From a bacterium (lineage in GTDB: Bacteria; Krumholzibacteriota; Krumholzibacteriia; G020349025): a stretch of DNA of 26,493 bases. A model generated the notes under the pieces. The model made no database searches. It was not told where the DNA came from and was given only the letters and a program-made list of their open reading frames with translations. The DNA is taken from positions 1 through 26,493 of the forward strand of contig JANLSU010000131.1 in the NCBI GenBank assembly GCA_031362565.1, given 5' to 3'. This document shows positions 7,118-16,735 of the stretch, piece by piece (the first letter of the stretch is position 1; each line of letters begins with the position of its first letter). The translations under genes were made by a program, and so were the position numbers.

Positions 7118-10100
7118 TCAGCGCACGAGCGCCATGCGGCGTTGCTGGCGGTGGGCACCGCTCGTGAGCCGCGCGATGTAGATGCCGGATGCGACCGCGC
7201 GGCCGGAGGCATCCGTTCCATCCCACACCGCCGTATGCGATCCGGCTTCGAGAACCGCATCGACGAGGGTTCGCACGCACCTGCCGCGTACGTCGTACAC
7301 ATCGAGGCGCGCCCGGCCGTGGTGCGGCAAGTCGAATCGCAGCCGCGTCGTCGGGTTGAACGGGTTCGGAGTATTCGGCAGCAGTGCGAAACGTGGCGCC
7401 GCCCCGACGCGCACCTCGGCGGCTGCGGTTTCGACGCCGTGGCTGCGGAGTGCCACCCGGTACACGAGTTCGACGCCTTCCGGCGCGCCGCCATCGACAT
7501 ACGTGTAGTTGCCCCGGTTGCTCGCGACGTCGAACGCCGCGAGCGTTGTGTAAACGCCGAGGGTGCCGCGCGGATCGAGTGCAGCGCGGCTCACGGCGAA
7601 CGAATCGCCGGGTTCGATGTCGTGCGCTTGCCACGCGAGGGCAATGCCGCCTGGCGTCCACTGCGCCGTGAGGTCGGTGAGCGCGATCGCGGTGGTGGGT
7701 GGCCCCGCATCCAGATGAATGTCGTCGATGGTCCAGCCGTCGAGGGCGGGCCGGCGGCCATCGGGCGCGAGTGCGACGTGGAACCGGAACCGCACGTTGC
7801 GATTCCAAATCCACGGCGGCAGCGTAAAAGTGTCGGTGGCAGCGAACGTGCGCACCCCCGAGAACGATGGATAGCCGTGGAACGGCGAATCCGCGTCGTA
7901 GCTCACATCCAGGAAGGGATACCCCCGATCGGGGTCGATCAGGAACCACTTGTCGTGCGGGCCGTCGCGATCCACGTCCTGCCATTCGACGATCGCCACG
8001 TCCCAGGCCTCGTTTTGCGTGAACTCGTCCCGCAGCAGAAAGTACCGATGCGTCATGCGCAACGAGCCGCCGGGATAAACGCGAGTCGCGGGGCTTTCGA
8101 GGACGCTGTTCTGCGGGCTCGCCGCATGATGCGGCACCAGGCTATTGGTCGGCCCCATCTTCCAGCTCCGCAGGCCCTGAATCGGATTGACGATATCGTC
8201 GCGATGCCATTGATCCGCACCGCCATAGACGAGCGACCGGTGCGTCCACATCGGGTCTTCGTTCTCGGCGTCCTCGACAAGCTCGCGCCGCACCTGGAGG
8301 GCATAGAAGCCGGCTGCCGGCGAGCTCGTCTCGTGTGCGATCGTCGATACGTCCCGCGCCACGATGCGGTACTCCACCGTGTCGCCGATTCGTCCCGGCA
8401 AGGCGAAGCGGAGTTCCCACAGATCGCTCGCCCCTTGGCGCAGGAGCGGCGCTGATTGCAGCGCCCCGCCGGCAATGCGGTAGTCGATGCGTACGTTCGC
8501 GACGCCATGCCGGTCGCGCACGAAGGCACGCATGAGCGGCGGCTCCGCGAGCCTCGACCATTGCGAGCGCGCGACATGCTGCACCGTTGGCGCTTGCGTA
8601 TCGGGCGTGATCTGGAACTGGAAGGCGCTGTCGGCCGTCACCGGCCACCGCTGCTCGTGGCCGGGGAAGTTGCTCGTGGCGCGAAACCAGTACCGGATCG
8701 TGGTGCCGAAGGGTTGGGCGGGAATTTCGGCCGCGAAGTCACCCAGCGCCGGCGACACGACCGGCGCCGCAGCGAACGGCCCGCCGTCCTCGGACCAGTA
8801 GAACGCCACCTGCACGTCCTCGAGCCGCGTCGGAACGCTCCATTGTTCCAAATCGACATGCGTCGCGACGGGAATTGGATTAGTCGCGCTCTCGAAATCG
8901 CCGTGTGGATGGTGCACGAACACCAGGCGCGCCGGCACCGACGTGACCTGGCCGTCGACAGTGCCGCGCCCCAGAGTCTTGTCGTGGAACCAGCCGGCGA
9001 ATGCGTCACGAATTGCGGCGATTTTGGCGATGCGATCGGGACGGGCGGTGAAGCCGGGCAGTGTAACGAGGGCGAATGCAACGCGGAAGTCGTGCCGCGA
9101 ATCGGCAGCCGCCGGAATCCGGTAGCCGTTCGTAAGCGCGATGTCGTCGATCGTAAACTCGCGACGCCTGCCGTGCAGGGTTACCCCGGCGGTGGGTGTC
9201 GAACCCGTGGTCCAAGAATTGCCGGAGGGGTCGGTGGGCGGCGCAATGCTGTCGATGTCAGAAACATAGAAAAGGGCCGCCGGATCGACTTCCCCGGGCG
9301 ATGCGAACCCCATCAAATACAAATCCAACGGACTGTAAGCGATCGGCATGGCGGCGCTCGTGAAGTAGACATTGTCGGCCGTCAGCCAGCGATTGCCCTC
9401 GAGCGGCGACCCGAAGGCATCGAGGATGAAGGACCAATGCGTGAGTTGCCGGCCTAGGAGCACGTTCGATCGTCCGATCCCGGGAATATCGATCCGGACG
9501 CGCGTCAGCCAGCGATGGCCCATCTCGTGCCCGAGCAGTTCGACGGGCGTGTAGAGATTCGTGTAACGCGCGTTGGGATCGGCTGGGAAAGCGTCGATCG
9601 AGTTCAGGTGCACGAAACTCTGCAATCGCCCGGGCCCGGTCTTGTGCGTCCAGCCGGCGGAATCATCGAAGAGTTCGTTCGCCCGCAAGTGTGTGTAGCC
9701 GAGCCCCGTGACGTCGTTGGCGATCGCCAGGTGGTAGGCGAGGAAGTTGCTGCCGGCCAACCGCGACGGAAACGTCGTGAAGAGAACCAAGAAATCGTAT
9801 TCGTCGTTGTGGGCGGCGTAGAACGCATTCGCGGCCAAGACCGGATCGACTTCGACCTCGCCCTCGCGGTTCGTGAACACGATATCGCCATGGTCCTGCA
9901 AGACGCTGACGCCGGCGGTGTCGCGAACGGCGGCAGTCGTCGGGCTTCCAGCCTCCGAAACGCCTGGGCCCCATGGCCACGGCGCGGCTCCCGCCGGCGG
10001 CGCCGACGGGCGGATGCCCTGTGCCGTGAGTGACGCGAGGAGCGCCGCACGGCAGCGGTGCGTCTCAAGAACCCGGGCCTCGAGTCCCTCGACGGTGCCG

Positions 10101-10336
10101 CAGGCCGGGGCGCCGTTGGCCGCAACGTTTGCGGCGCCGGCGTCACGGGCTGCAAGCGCCGCGACCCAGGCTGCAAAGTGTGGATCGGATTGGACGGCGC
10201 GCAGCGTCTCGGCCGGCCGCGGCGCACCGGCGAGCACGCCCACGGGTGCCACGACACGGAAGAGTGTCGCGAGGAGCAGCATCCGTCGCGTGGCGCCAAG
10301 CCACGCGTTGCGATGACGCGCGTGCAGCGATTGCAC
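7118..10336 (-). CDS. Large secreted zinc metalloprotease (M6-like/metzincin-like) with Ig-like repeats, a beta-sandwich domain and C-terminal FlgD sorting domain
   Basis: GGAGG SD before GTG 10336 (alternative ATG 10282). HEMGH at 9529-9515, downstream THWS and YSPLDLYLMG. C-terminal PNTPNPFNPTT...WDGTDASGRAVASGIY. The ORF-track extension to 10921 is antisense to DegT. Confidence 0.85.
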   Translation of the reverse strand: MQSLHARHRNAWLGATRRMLLLATLFRVVAPVGVLAGAPRPAETLRAVQSDPHFAAWVAALAARDAGAANVAANGAPACGTVEGLEARVLETHRCRAALLASLTAQGIRPSAPPAGAAPWPWGPGVSEAGSPTTAAVRDTAGVSVLQDHGDIVFTNREGEVEVDPVLAANAFYAAHNDEYDFLVLFTTFPSRLAGSNFLAYHLAIANDVTGLGYTHLRANELFDDSAGWTHKTGPGRLQSFVHLNSIDAFPADPNARYTNLYTPVELLGHEMGHRWLTRVRIDIPGIGRSNVLLGRQLTHWSFILDAFGSPLEGNRWLTADNVYFTSAAMPIAYSPLDLYLMGFASPGEVDPAALFYVSDIDSIAPPTDPSGNSWTTGSTPTAGVTLHGRRREFTIDDIALTNGYRIPAAADSRHDFRVAFALVTLPGFTARPDRIAKIAAIRDAFAGWFHDKTLGRGTVDGQVTSVPARLVFVHHPHGDFESATNPIPVATHVDLEQWSVPTRLEDVQVAFYWSEDGGPFAAAPVVSPALGDFAAEIPAQPFGTTIRYWFRATSNFPGHEQRWPVTADSAFQFQITPDTQAPTVQHVARSQWSRLAEPPLMRAFVRDRHGVANVRIDYRIAGGALQSAPLLRQGASDLWELRFALPGRIGDTVEYRIVARDVSTIAHETSSPAAGFYALQVRRELVEDAENEDPMWTHRSLVYGGADQWHRDDIVNPIQGLRSWKMGPTNSLVPHHAASPQNSVLESPATRVYPGGSLRMTHRYFLLRDEFTQNEAWDVAIVEWQDVDRDGPHDKWFLIDPDRGYPFLDVSYDADSPFHGYPSFSGVRTFAATDTFTLPPWIWNRNVRFRFHVALAPDGRRPALDGWTIDDIHLDAGPPTTAIALTDLTAQWTPGGIALAWQAHDIEPGDSFAVSRAALDPRGTLGVYTTLAAFDVASNRGNYTYVDGGAPEGVELVYRVALRSHGVETAAAEVRVGAAPRFALLPNTPNPFNPTTRLRFDLPHHGRARLDVYDVRGRCVRTLVDAVLEAGSHTAVWDGTDASGRAVASGIYIARLTSGAHRQQRRMALVR

Positions 10337-10373
10337 GGATCCTCCGAAAGCGGCGAGAGGGCACAGGCGTCGA

Positions 10374-10399
10374 AGTATACCACGCGGTCGTGGTAGGCT
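10374..10399. promoter_or_regulatory. Back-to-back extended -10 promoters (metalloprotease leftward, DegT operon rightward)
   Basis: Minus strand TG-G-TATACT (10382-10374); plus strand TG-G-TAGGCT (10391-10399). Confidence 0.5.
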
Positions 10400-10471
10400 C
10401 CGCGCTACGGCGCGCGGCCCATTTCGGCTCGTGGGGCCCCCCGGGCGCCGGCACCCATTTGAGGAGTCCCC

Positions 10472-11590
10472 GTGCGCGTTCCAGTGTTGGACCTCAAGGC
10501 GCAATACGCGGCGCTCCGCGCCGAGATCGAACCGATCGTGCTGGGGGTGTGCGAGTCGCAGGGCTTCGTGCTCGGCCCCGAGGTCGAGGCGTTGGAGCAG
10601 GAGATCGCGGCCTACGTCCGCACGCCGCACGCCGTCGGCTGTGCGTCGGGTACCGATGCGCTCGTGCTGGCGCTGCGCGCCCTCGGCGTCGGCCCCGGCG
10701 ACGAGGTCGTCACGACGCCGTTCACGTTCTTCGCGACTGCCGGTGCCGTGTCGATGGTCGGCGCCCGCCCGGTGTTCGCAGATATCGACGCTGCGACCTT
10801 CAACCTCGATCCCGAAAAGCTCTCCGGCGCAATCACCGCCTGCACGCGCGCCATCATCGCTGTCGACTTGTTCGGGCAATGCGCCGACCTGACACCGATC
10901 TTGGAAGTCGCCGCCCGGCACCGGATCCCGCTCATCGAGGATGCGGCGCAGAGCTTAGGGGCCGAGCATCGCGGCCGGCGCACGGGTGAACTGACGCTCA
11001 CCACGTTCAGCTTCTATCCCGCCAAGAATCTCGGCGCCTTCGGGGATGGCGGCATGCTGGCGACGCCGGATGAATCCCAGGCGAAGAGCCTGCGGCAACT
11101 GCGCGTCCATGGCGAGTCGAGCCGTTACGTCCACGCGGTCGTCGGCACCAACTCGCGCCTCGATGCGCTGCAGGCCGCCGTACTGCGCGTCAAGCTGCGG
11201 CATCTGGACGATTGGATTGCGGCCCGCCAGCGTGTTGCGGCGGAGTACACGCGGCAGCTCGCGGCGTTGCACCTCGGTGACGGCATCACGCTGCCCACAA
11301 CGGCATCACATGCGACGCGCCACGTCTTCAACCAGTACACGCTGCGCACCCCGCAACGCGACGCGCTCCGCGCCCATCTCGCCGATCAGGGGGTCGGCTC
11401 GATGGTGTACTACCCGATCCCGCTGCATTTGCAACCGTGCTTCGCCGATCTCGGCGGTGCGCCGGGTGATTTTCCCGTCGCCGAGCAGGCGGCTGCACAA
11501 GTGTTGTCACTCCCCATCTACCCGGAACTCTCCGGCGCGCAGATCGCACATGTCGTCGCCAGCATTGCGTCCTTCTTCGTGCGTGGCTGA
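10472..11590 (+). CDS. DegT/DnrJ/EryC1/StrS family PLP-dependent sugar aminotransferase
   Basis: GAGGAG SD with GTG start. SGTDAL, GDEVVTTPFTFFAT, IEDAAQ, FSFYPAKNLGAFGDGG (PLP lysine), NSRLD, LSLPIYP. Confidence 0.95.
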   Translation: MRVPVLDLKAQYAALRAEIEPIVLGVCESQGFVLGPEVEALEQEIAAYVRTPHAVGCASGTDALVLALRALGVGPGDEVVTTPFTFFATAGAVSMVGARPVFADIDAATFNLDPEKLSGAITACTRAIIAVDLFGQCADLTPILEVAARHRIPLIEDAAQSLGAEHRGRRTGELTLTTFSFYPAKNLGAFGDGGMLATPDESQAKSLRQLRVHGESSRYVHAVVGTNSRLDALQAAVLRVKLRHLDDWIAARQRVAAEYTRQLAALHLGDGITLPTTASHATRHVFNQYTLRTPQRDALRAHLADQGVGSMVYYPIPLHLQPCFADLGGAPGDFPVAEQAAAQVLSLPIYPELSGAQIAHVVASIASFFVRG

Positions 11591-11636
11591 TGGAGAAGCG
11601 CGTCGCAAGCTCGACACCTCGAGCCCTGGGGAATCC

Positions 11637-12395
11637 ATGAGCCGAGCCACCCCCTCCATTCCGGTGCCGGCCGCAGCGCTGCTCGTAGCCGGCGGCCGTG
11701 GTGAACGCTTCGGCGCCGAGGTGCCGAAGCAGTTTCTGCCGCTCGGCGGCCGGCCGCTTTTCGTGCATGCGGCTGCAGTGCTCGACGCTTCACCGTGCAT
11801 CGACCACTGGGTGCTTGTTGTGCCGCTCGGTTGGGATGCGACGGCGCGCGCGGCGCTCGCAACCGCCGGCGCCGATCGCAATCTTGCCGCTATCGTCGCC
11901 GGTGGCGCGACGCGCCAGGAGTCGGTGCACAAGGGTCTCGCAGCACTTGCCGCCCATGCGTCGGCGCACGGACTACGGCCTGCCGAGCACGTGCTGGTGC
12001 ACGACGCGGCGCGGCCCTTCGTCACGCAGCGCTTGGTCGAGGCGACGCTTGCCGCGGCGCGGCAAACCGGGGCGGCGACGGTCGCGACCCCGATCGCCGA
12101 TACGCGGGCGCGCGCCACGGCCGATGCCCTGACCTTAGGTGAAGTGCTCGACCGCGATCGCGTGTGGAGCGTGCAAACGCCCCAAGCCTTTGCAGCGGAC
12201 ATCCTGCACGCGGCGCACGAATGGGCGAACGCCAATGCGCACCAGGGCACCGACGATGGCGGCTTGGTGCGCCAGATCGGGCGGCCGGTAGCGCTCGTGC
12301 CGGGTCCGTGGTGGAATCTCAAGGTGACGCGTCCCGAAGACTTCGAGCCTGCCGAATTGCTGCTCGAACTGCGGTCAAGGCTGCGAGAGGAATGA
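11637..12395 (+). CDS. ispD: 2-C-methyl-D-erythritol 4-phosphate cytidylyltransferase
   Basis: AGGRGERFG..VPKQF, GGATRQESV, VHDAARP, VQTPQAF, TDD, NLKVT. Directly upstream of ispF. Confidence 0.92.
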   Translation: MSRATPSIPVPAAALLVAGGRGERFGAEVPKQFLPLGGRPLFVHAAAVLDASPCIDHWVLVVPLGWDATARAALATAGADRNLAAIVAGGATRQESVHKGLAALAAHASAHGLRPAEHVLVHDAARPFVTQRLVEATLAAARQTGAATVATPIADTRARATADALTLGEVLDRDRVWSVQTPQAFAADILHAAHEWANANAHQGTDDGGLVRQIGRPVALVPGPWWNLKVTRPEDFEPAELLLELRSRLREE

Positions 12396-12401
12396 GGATT
12401 G

Positions 12402-12890
12402 ATGCGGATCGGTCAAGGCTACGACGTGCATCCGTTGCGCCCGGGACGGACGCTCGTGCTGGGCGGCGTGAAGATCGAGCACCCGCTCGGGCTCGACGGT
12501 CATTCCGACGCCGACGTGTTGACGCATGCGATTGCGAGCGCGCTTTTGGGGAGCCTGGCCCTCGGTGACTTGGGGACGCATTTCCCCGCCACCGACGCGC
12601 GCTGGAAGGATGCCTCGAGTCTCGAACTTCTCGCCGCCGTGATGGCGATGGTGCGGGCGCGCGGCTACCGGCTCGCCAACTGCGATGCGACGGTGATTGC
12701 CGAGGCACCGCGTCTCGCACCACACATCGGACTGATGCGCGCTCGCTTGGCAGAGACGCTCGGCGTAGACGCCGGCCTCGTCTCGGTCAAAGCCACGACG
12801 CACGAACGACTCGGCAGCCTCGGACGGTCGGAAGGCATCGCTGCCACCGCCGTCGTGCTCGTCGAGCCGCAAACATCCGCCGGCCGCTAA
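12402..12890 (+). CDS. ispF: 2-C-methyl-D-erythritol 2,4-cyclodiphosphate synthase
   Basis: MRIGQGYDVH, GHSDADVLTHA, GDLG.HFP, VKATT.E.LG.LGR.EGIA. Confidence 0.97.
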   Translation: MRIGQGYDVHPLRPGRTLVLGGVKIEHPLGLDGHSDADVLTHAIASALLGSLALGDLGTHFPATDARWKDASSLELLAAVMAMVRARGYRLANCDATVIAEAPRLAPHIGLMRARLAETLGVDAGLVSVKATTHERLGSLGRSEGIAATAVVLVEPQTSAGR

Positions 12891-12904
12891 GTACGCGTTG
12901 GCGC

Positions 12905-15900
12905 TTACCAGAGCAATGCGAGGCCGCGCTGGGATTCTTGGCCGGCGCGGAACGGCCGGCGCCACTCGAATGCCAGGAACCCGAGCCGCAGGCGCAAGCC
13001 GAGTCCCGCCGAGAACAACGGACTCGTGCCACGCGCCACCCCGGTGTCGGCATAGAGGAAACCGTCGGCCGCGGGAATGACGAGACTGTGAATCGGCACA
13101 CGCCAGGCGCTGTAGTCCCAGAGTTGGACGCGGGCTTCGGCGTTGCTCCAGGCGATCCCATGGCTGCGGACGAGCGCCGACGGATAACCCGAAACCGAGT
13201 AGATGCCGCCGAGCCCGTAGACCAACGCCTGCGGTCCGTCATTCAGCAAGCCGCGGCAACGGAATGCCAGATCCACGAACGCGGCGCGGTGATGTGTCAA
13301 TAGCAGCCACGAGCCGGCGACGCGTTCGAGGCCCTTGCTGCGCGTAGTCCGCAGTGAGTCGGCACCGGAAGCACCGACTGTCGTCGTCGAACCCGGGGTG
13401 TGCACGCCGCCCGAGATGTCGAGTACGAGCAGCAGGCCGGAATTCGGGCCACGATAGTCGGACCAAACGCGTGTGTCACGCGACAAGCTGGCGCCCAACC
13501 CGAAGGCCGGCCGCACGTAGTCCTGCTCGACGACGAATTTTTCGTCGCGTTGTGCCTGGGATTGCACCGCGTCTTGCCAAGCCTGCAGAGCCGCCGGTGA
13601 GCGCTCCTGCAACAGCGCCAAACTCGGCACGCCGAACGGCGCGGCCATCCAGGTGCGCGGCCGCAGCCCGGCGAACTGCAACGCGAGTACCGGCGCATCC
13701 GACCCGGTGTGCAACGCCGGCTCGTCTGGTACCTCGACGCGCCCGACGGCATCCGAGCGGCGGGTGATGGTCATGCCGAGACCCAGGCGCGTGATCAAAC
13801 TTTGGTGGTACTGCGCGGAGAGCAGCACTCCGGTTTCAGTTTCACGCCGGTCGAACGACTTGGCCGAATCGCCGGCCGCGTAGCGGGCGCGGACGACGGC
13901 GCGGTGGAAGGTGCTCGCCTGCCAATGAGTCCGCGCGGTGCGGTTGCGGTACTGCAGCAGGCCGAAGCGGTCGAAGAGCCCGGTTTGGCCGGCCGCAATG
14001 ACGACGCTCTGATCGTGGAATTCGGTGTCGAACCCGAAGAAACCAATCCCCTTGCCGTGCGCACTCGAGCCGGCGAGGTTGACTCCAAGCGGCATGAGAT
14101 GCCACTTCTGCTTGTAGTGCGTCATTGGGACAGGTTCGCCACTCACCAGCCAAGGACGCAACGCGGGGCGCACGCCCATCGTCACCGCCACCGCGGTTTC
14201 GGGGCCCAGCGGATTTGTTGCGAGCGCCACGTCGGCCGTCGCATCGGGAAAGTAAGCCGCGGCGGTGCCGACAGACGCGAAGGCCGCAGCTCCCGCCGCA
14301 CCATCACGCGCGCGCGCCGCCGCGGCACGTCGATCGTCCGCGTCGAACGCCGCAACCGCACTGGCCGCATCGTCGCGGCTCCTGCACGGCGGCCCCGGAA
14401 GTGCGAGGGATGCGATGCCGCCCTCGGCGCAACCGTCCAACCCGAGCTTCTGCCAACTGAATTCCCACACGGCGCGCCCCGCGGGTTGGCTGTGATGCCG
14501 CAAGCTGTTGGCGACGAGCGTCAGGCCCGAATCGCTGGCGGTCAAACGCTCGATCGCGAACGGCAGCCGCAAGAGCGAGCGGGATCCGATCGCCGTGATC
14601 GCATACGGCGCCGGATCGCCGCCGGCATCGGAGAGACAAAGGAGTTGCCCGCGCACGACGACGGGCCCGGTTTCGCTGGTGCCCGGAGTGCGCGTCAAGT
14701 CGGCGATCGCGTGGGTTCGCGTGTTCACGACCCGCAGATCCGAGGTGTGATCGGGGGTGTCGGTGGTGGCGAACACGACGAGCGAATCACCATCGCCAAA
14801 CACCGGATCGGCAACCTCGGTCCACTGCCAGTCGACCAGGAGGTCGGTGCGGCCACTCTCTGCATCGACCCGCGCGATGGCGTTCCGCCCGCCGCGATCG
14901 ACGACGCGGCAGACAATGCTTTGGGCGTCGCTCGACCAGCGCGGGTCGCGAACCTCACGCACCGCGCCGAGTTGCGACAGCGTGCGGCGGGTTCGCTTGC
15001 CAGTTCCAATGTCGTACAGCAACAGCGACTCGGTGTCGCGTTGCCGCACCGAGGCGACGACCCGGTCACCGCGCAGGTCGGCAGAAGAAAACAGCGGCAA
15101 ACGCTCGGCACCGTCCAGGTCGCGGACCACGATACGCGTCCGCGGTTGGCGCCGCCTGCGCTCCGCGGGCCAGATGACGGCGATCTCTTGGCGCCCCTCG
15201 CGGGCGCGCGTCACGAGGGTGCGGCCATCGCGGCGCACACCCGACCAACCTTTCGCGACCACGTGGCCGAGCGTATCGGGGACCACCGTTGCCAAATGCG
15301 CGTCCCAGAAACGCTCGCGCAACCAGCGCCGGTACAACGACTCCAATTCGCGGATCGAGTGTCCGGTCAGCGTTTCCAGCACATCGAGAAATCCCGCCGT
15401 GCCGACGTAGTAGTCCACCAGCAGGCGCTTCGGCAGATCTCGCCCGAATGTTTCCGCCAAGAACGTCAAGCGCGCCGGACCTTCGACGTAGCTCGAGGCG
15501 ATGGTGCGCGCTCCGACGGAGAGCGCCGCGATGCCATCCACCGCGTTGTCCGCCACCATTTCGGTGAGTGCGGCGTGCAGGGTCGGTTCCATCATGCCGT
15601 GCGGGAAAGCCAGGTATTCGGCGTAGTTCTCGTGCGTGATGGCGGCGAAACCGCCGCTCGCCGGGCGCCAGGCCTTAGCCTGTGCCGTGTCCTTGGGTGC
15701 GTTCAGCATGCGCGTGACGCTCAAGCTGCGCAGGTATTCGGACACACCCTCGACCACGGCGTGGCCGATCTCGTGTTGTGCCGTGCGCCGCAACCGGTGT
15801 TCGCCGAGTGACGCGTACACCACCACGGGCCGCTCCGGGTCGTGGCGCGGCACGAAGCCGAGCACACCTTCGGGCAAGTTGGGGCCGATGGGTGTGGCCA

Positions 15901-16483
15901 TGAAATCGGCGAGGGTGCGGTAGAGCACACAACGCTGCAGAGAACGTTCGTTGGCGAGCGGCAGGCGCACATGCACCGAGTCGCTGACCAACTGGACGAA
16001 CTTGCCGTAGAGCCGTGGACGCGCGTCGACGGGGGAGCGCGCACTGTGCAAGGCCGCGAACCCGAGCGACGCCGCCGGGCGGGCGGTTCCCGAATCGCCC
16101 ATTGCCGTCACGAGCCGCAAAACGGTGTCGAAATCGGCGCGCGCCAACTGGCCCTCGATGCACAGTTTCTCGAGTTCCGAGAACAGGCCGGGGTAGAGCA
16201 GGTCGCGATACACCTCGGCCCGCGTCAGTTGCAGATTCCCGGTGACGTTCTCGAACAAGCGATCGAGGCGCGGTCCCCAATGCCTGAGAAGGGCGCAATC
16301 CGGGTCTTCCGGTGCCGGGGTCGTCAGCAGTTCGAAGTACGTGGTGGTGAGGCGCTGGAGGCGTTGCGACCCGGCGGAGATGCCCTGGTCGTAGTAGACC
16401 TTGGGGTCGCGGCCCTGGGCGCGTGCCGGCCCAGAGAGCAAACAAAGAACGGCGACGCTCGCCAGGAGCGCACGGCGTACCAT
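12905..16483 (-). CDS. Outer-membrane multidomain protein: peptidase MA-like HExxH domain, TolB/PD40-like propeller, Omp85/BamA-like beta-barrel
   Basis: Signal peptide MVRRALLASVAVLCLLSGPARA. HEIGH plus ENYAEY, RDPRWSSD/ADPVF repeats, alternating barrel strands, LGG..SVSGY, FLYADTG, AGLGLRLRLG, terminal Trp. Confidence 0.75.
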   Translation of the reverse strand: MVRRALLASVAVLCLLSGPARAQGRDPKVYYDQGISAGSQRLQRLTTTYFELLTTPAPEDPDCALLRHWGPRLDRLFENVTGNLQLTRAEVYRDLLYPGLFSELEKLCIEGQLARADFDTVLRLVTAMGDSGTARPAASLGFAALHSARSPVDARPRLYGKFVQLVSDSVHVRLPLANERSLQRCVLYRTLADFMATPIGPNLPEGVLGFVPRHDPERPVVVYASLGEHRLRRTAQHEIGHAVVEGVSEYLRSLSVTRMLNAPKDTAQAKAWRPASGGFAAITHENYAEYLAFPHGMMEPTLHAALTEMVADNAVDGIAALSVGARTIASSYVEGPARLTFLAETFGRDLPKRLLVDYYVGTAGFLDVLETLTGHSIRELESLYRRWLRERFWDAHLATVVPDTLGHVVAKGWSGVRRDGRTLVTRAREGRQEIAVIWPAERRRRQPRTRIVVRDLDGAERLPLFSSADLRGDRVVASVRQRDTESLLLYDIGTGKRTRRTLSQLGAVREVRDPRWSSDAQSIVCRVVDRGGRNAIARVDAESGRTDLLVDWQWTEVADPVFGDGDSLVVFATTDTPDHTSDLRVVNTRTHAIADLTRTPGTSETGPVVVRGQLLCLSDAGGDPAPYAITAIGSRSLLRLPFAIERLTASDSGLTLVANSLRHHSQPAGRAVWEFSWQKLGLDGCAEGGIASLALPGPPCRSRDDAASAVAAFDADDRRAAAARARDGAAGAAAFASVGTAAAYFPDATADVALATNPLGPETAVAVTMGVRPALRPWLVSGEPVPMTHYKQKWHLMPLGVNLAGSSAHGKGIGFFGFDTEFHDQSVVIAAGQTGLFDRFGLLQYRNRTARTHWQASTFHRAVVRARYAAGDSAKSFDRRETETGVLLSAQYHQSLITRLGLGMTITRRSDAVGRVEVPDEPALHTGSDAPVLALQFAGLRPRTWMAAPFGVPSLALLQERSPAALQAWQDAVQSQAQRDEKFVVEQDYVRPAFGLGASLSRDTRVWSDYRGPNSGLLLVLDISGGVHTPGSTTTVGASGADSLRTTRSKGLERVAGSWLLLTHHRAAFVDLAFRCRGLLNDGPQALVYGLGGIYSVSGYPSALVRSHGIAWSNAEARVQLWDYSAWRVPIHSLVIPAADGFLYADTGVARGTSPLFSAGLGLRLRLGFLAFEWRRPFRAGQESQRGLALLW

Positions 16484-16563
16484 GGCCAACCTGCCACATT
16501 TCGGCTGCGTGCCGGATGATGTGTTCAGATCAAGGGGGGCGGGGTCTGAACGCGGCTTCTCTA

Positions 16564-16592
16564 ATGATATACCCAAGTCGTTGTGTGGTCAA
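16564..16592 (-). promoter_or_regulatory. sigma70-type promoter for the Omp85-like gene
   Basis: Minus strand TTGACC-N17-TATCAT, with an A/T-rich UP-like tract at 16600-16620. Confidence 0.65.
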
Positions 16593-16735
16593 ACAAGCGC
16601 GCAATGAAATGCAAAAATAAGCCGCGCGCCGGCTCGAATCCGAGCTGCGACGTGGCAGCGACCAAGGCGGGGAAGGGAAATGCCCCAACTAGGGGTTGGG
16701 CACCGGGGCCCGAGAGATGTGGTAGGGTGCGCCGC

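Noticed and set aside
10337..10921. N-terminal extension of the 1267-aa ORF
   Set aside because: Overlaps DegT on the other strand; SD, promoter and signal peptide point to a start at 10336 or 10282.
11046..11636. N-terminal extension of ispD, suggesting a fusion
   Set aside because: Off-frame overlap with DegT; IspD similarity begins after ATG 11637.
13709..15811. 700-aa plus-strand ORF inside the Omp85-like gene
   Set aside because: Antisense shadow, Arg-rich, with no start signals.
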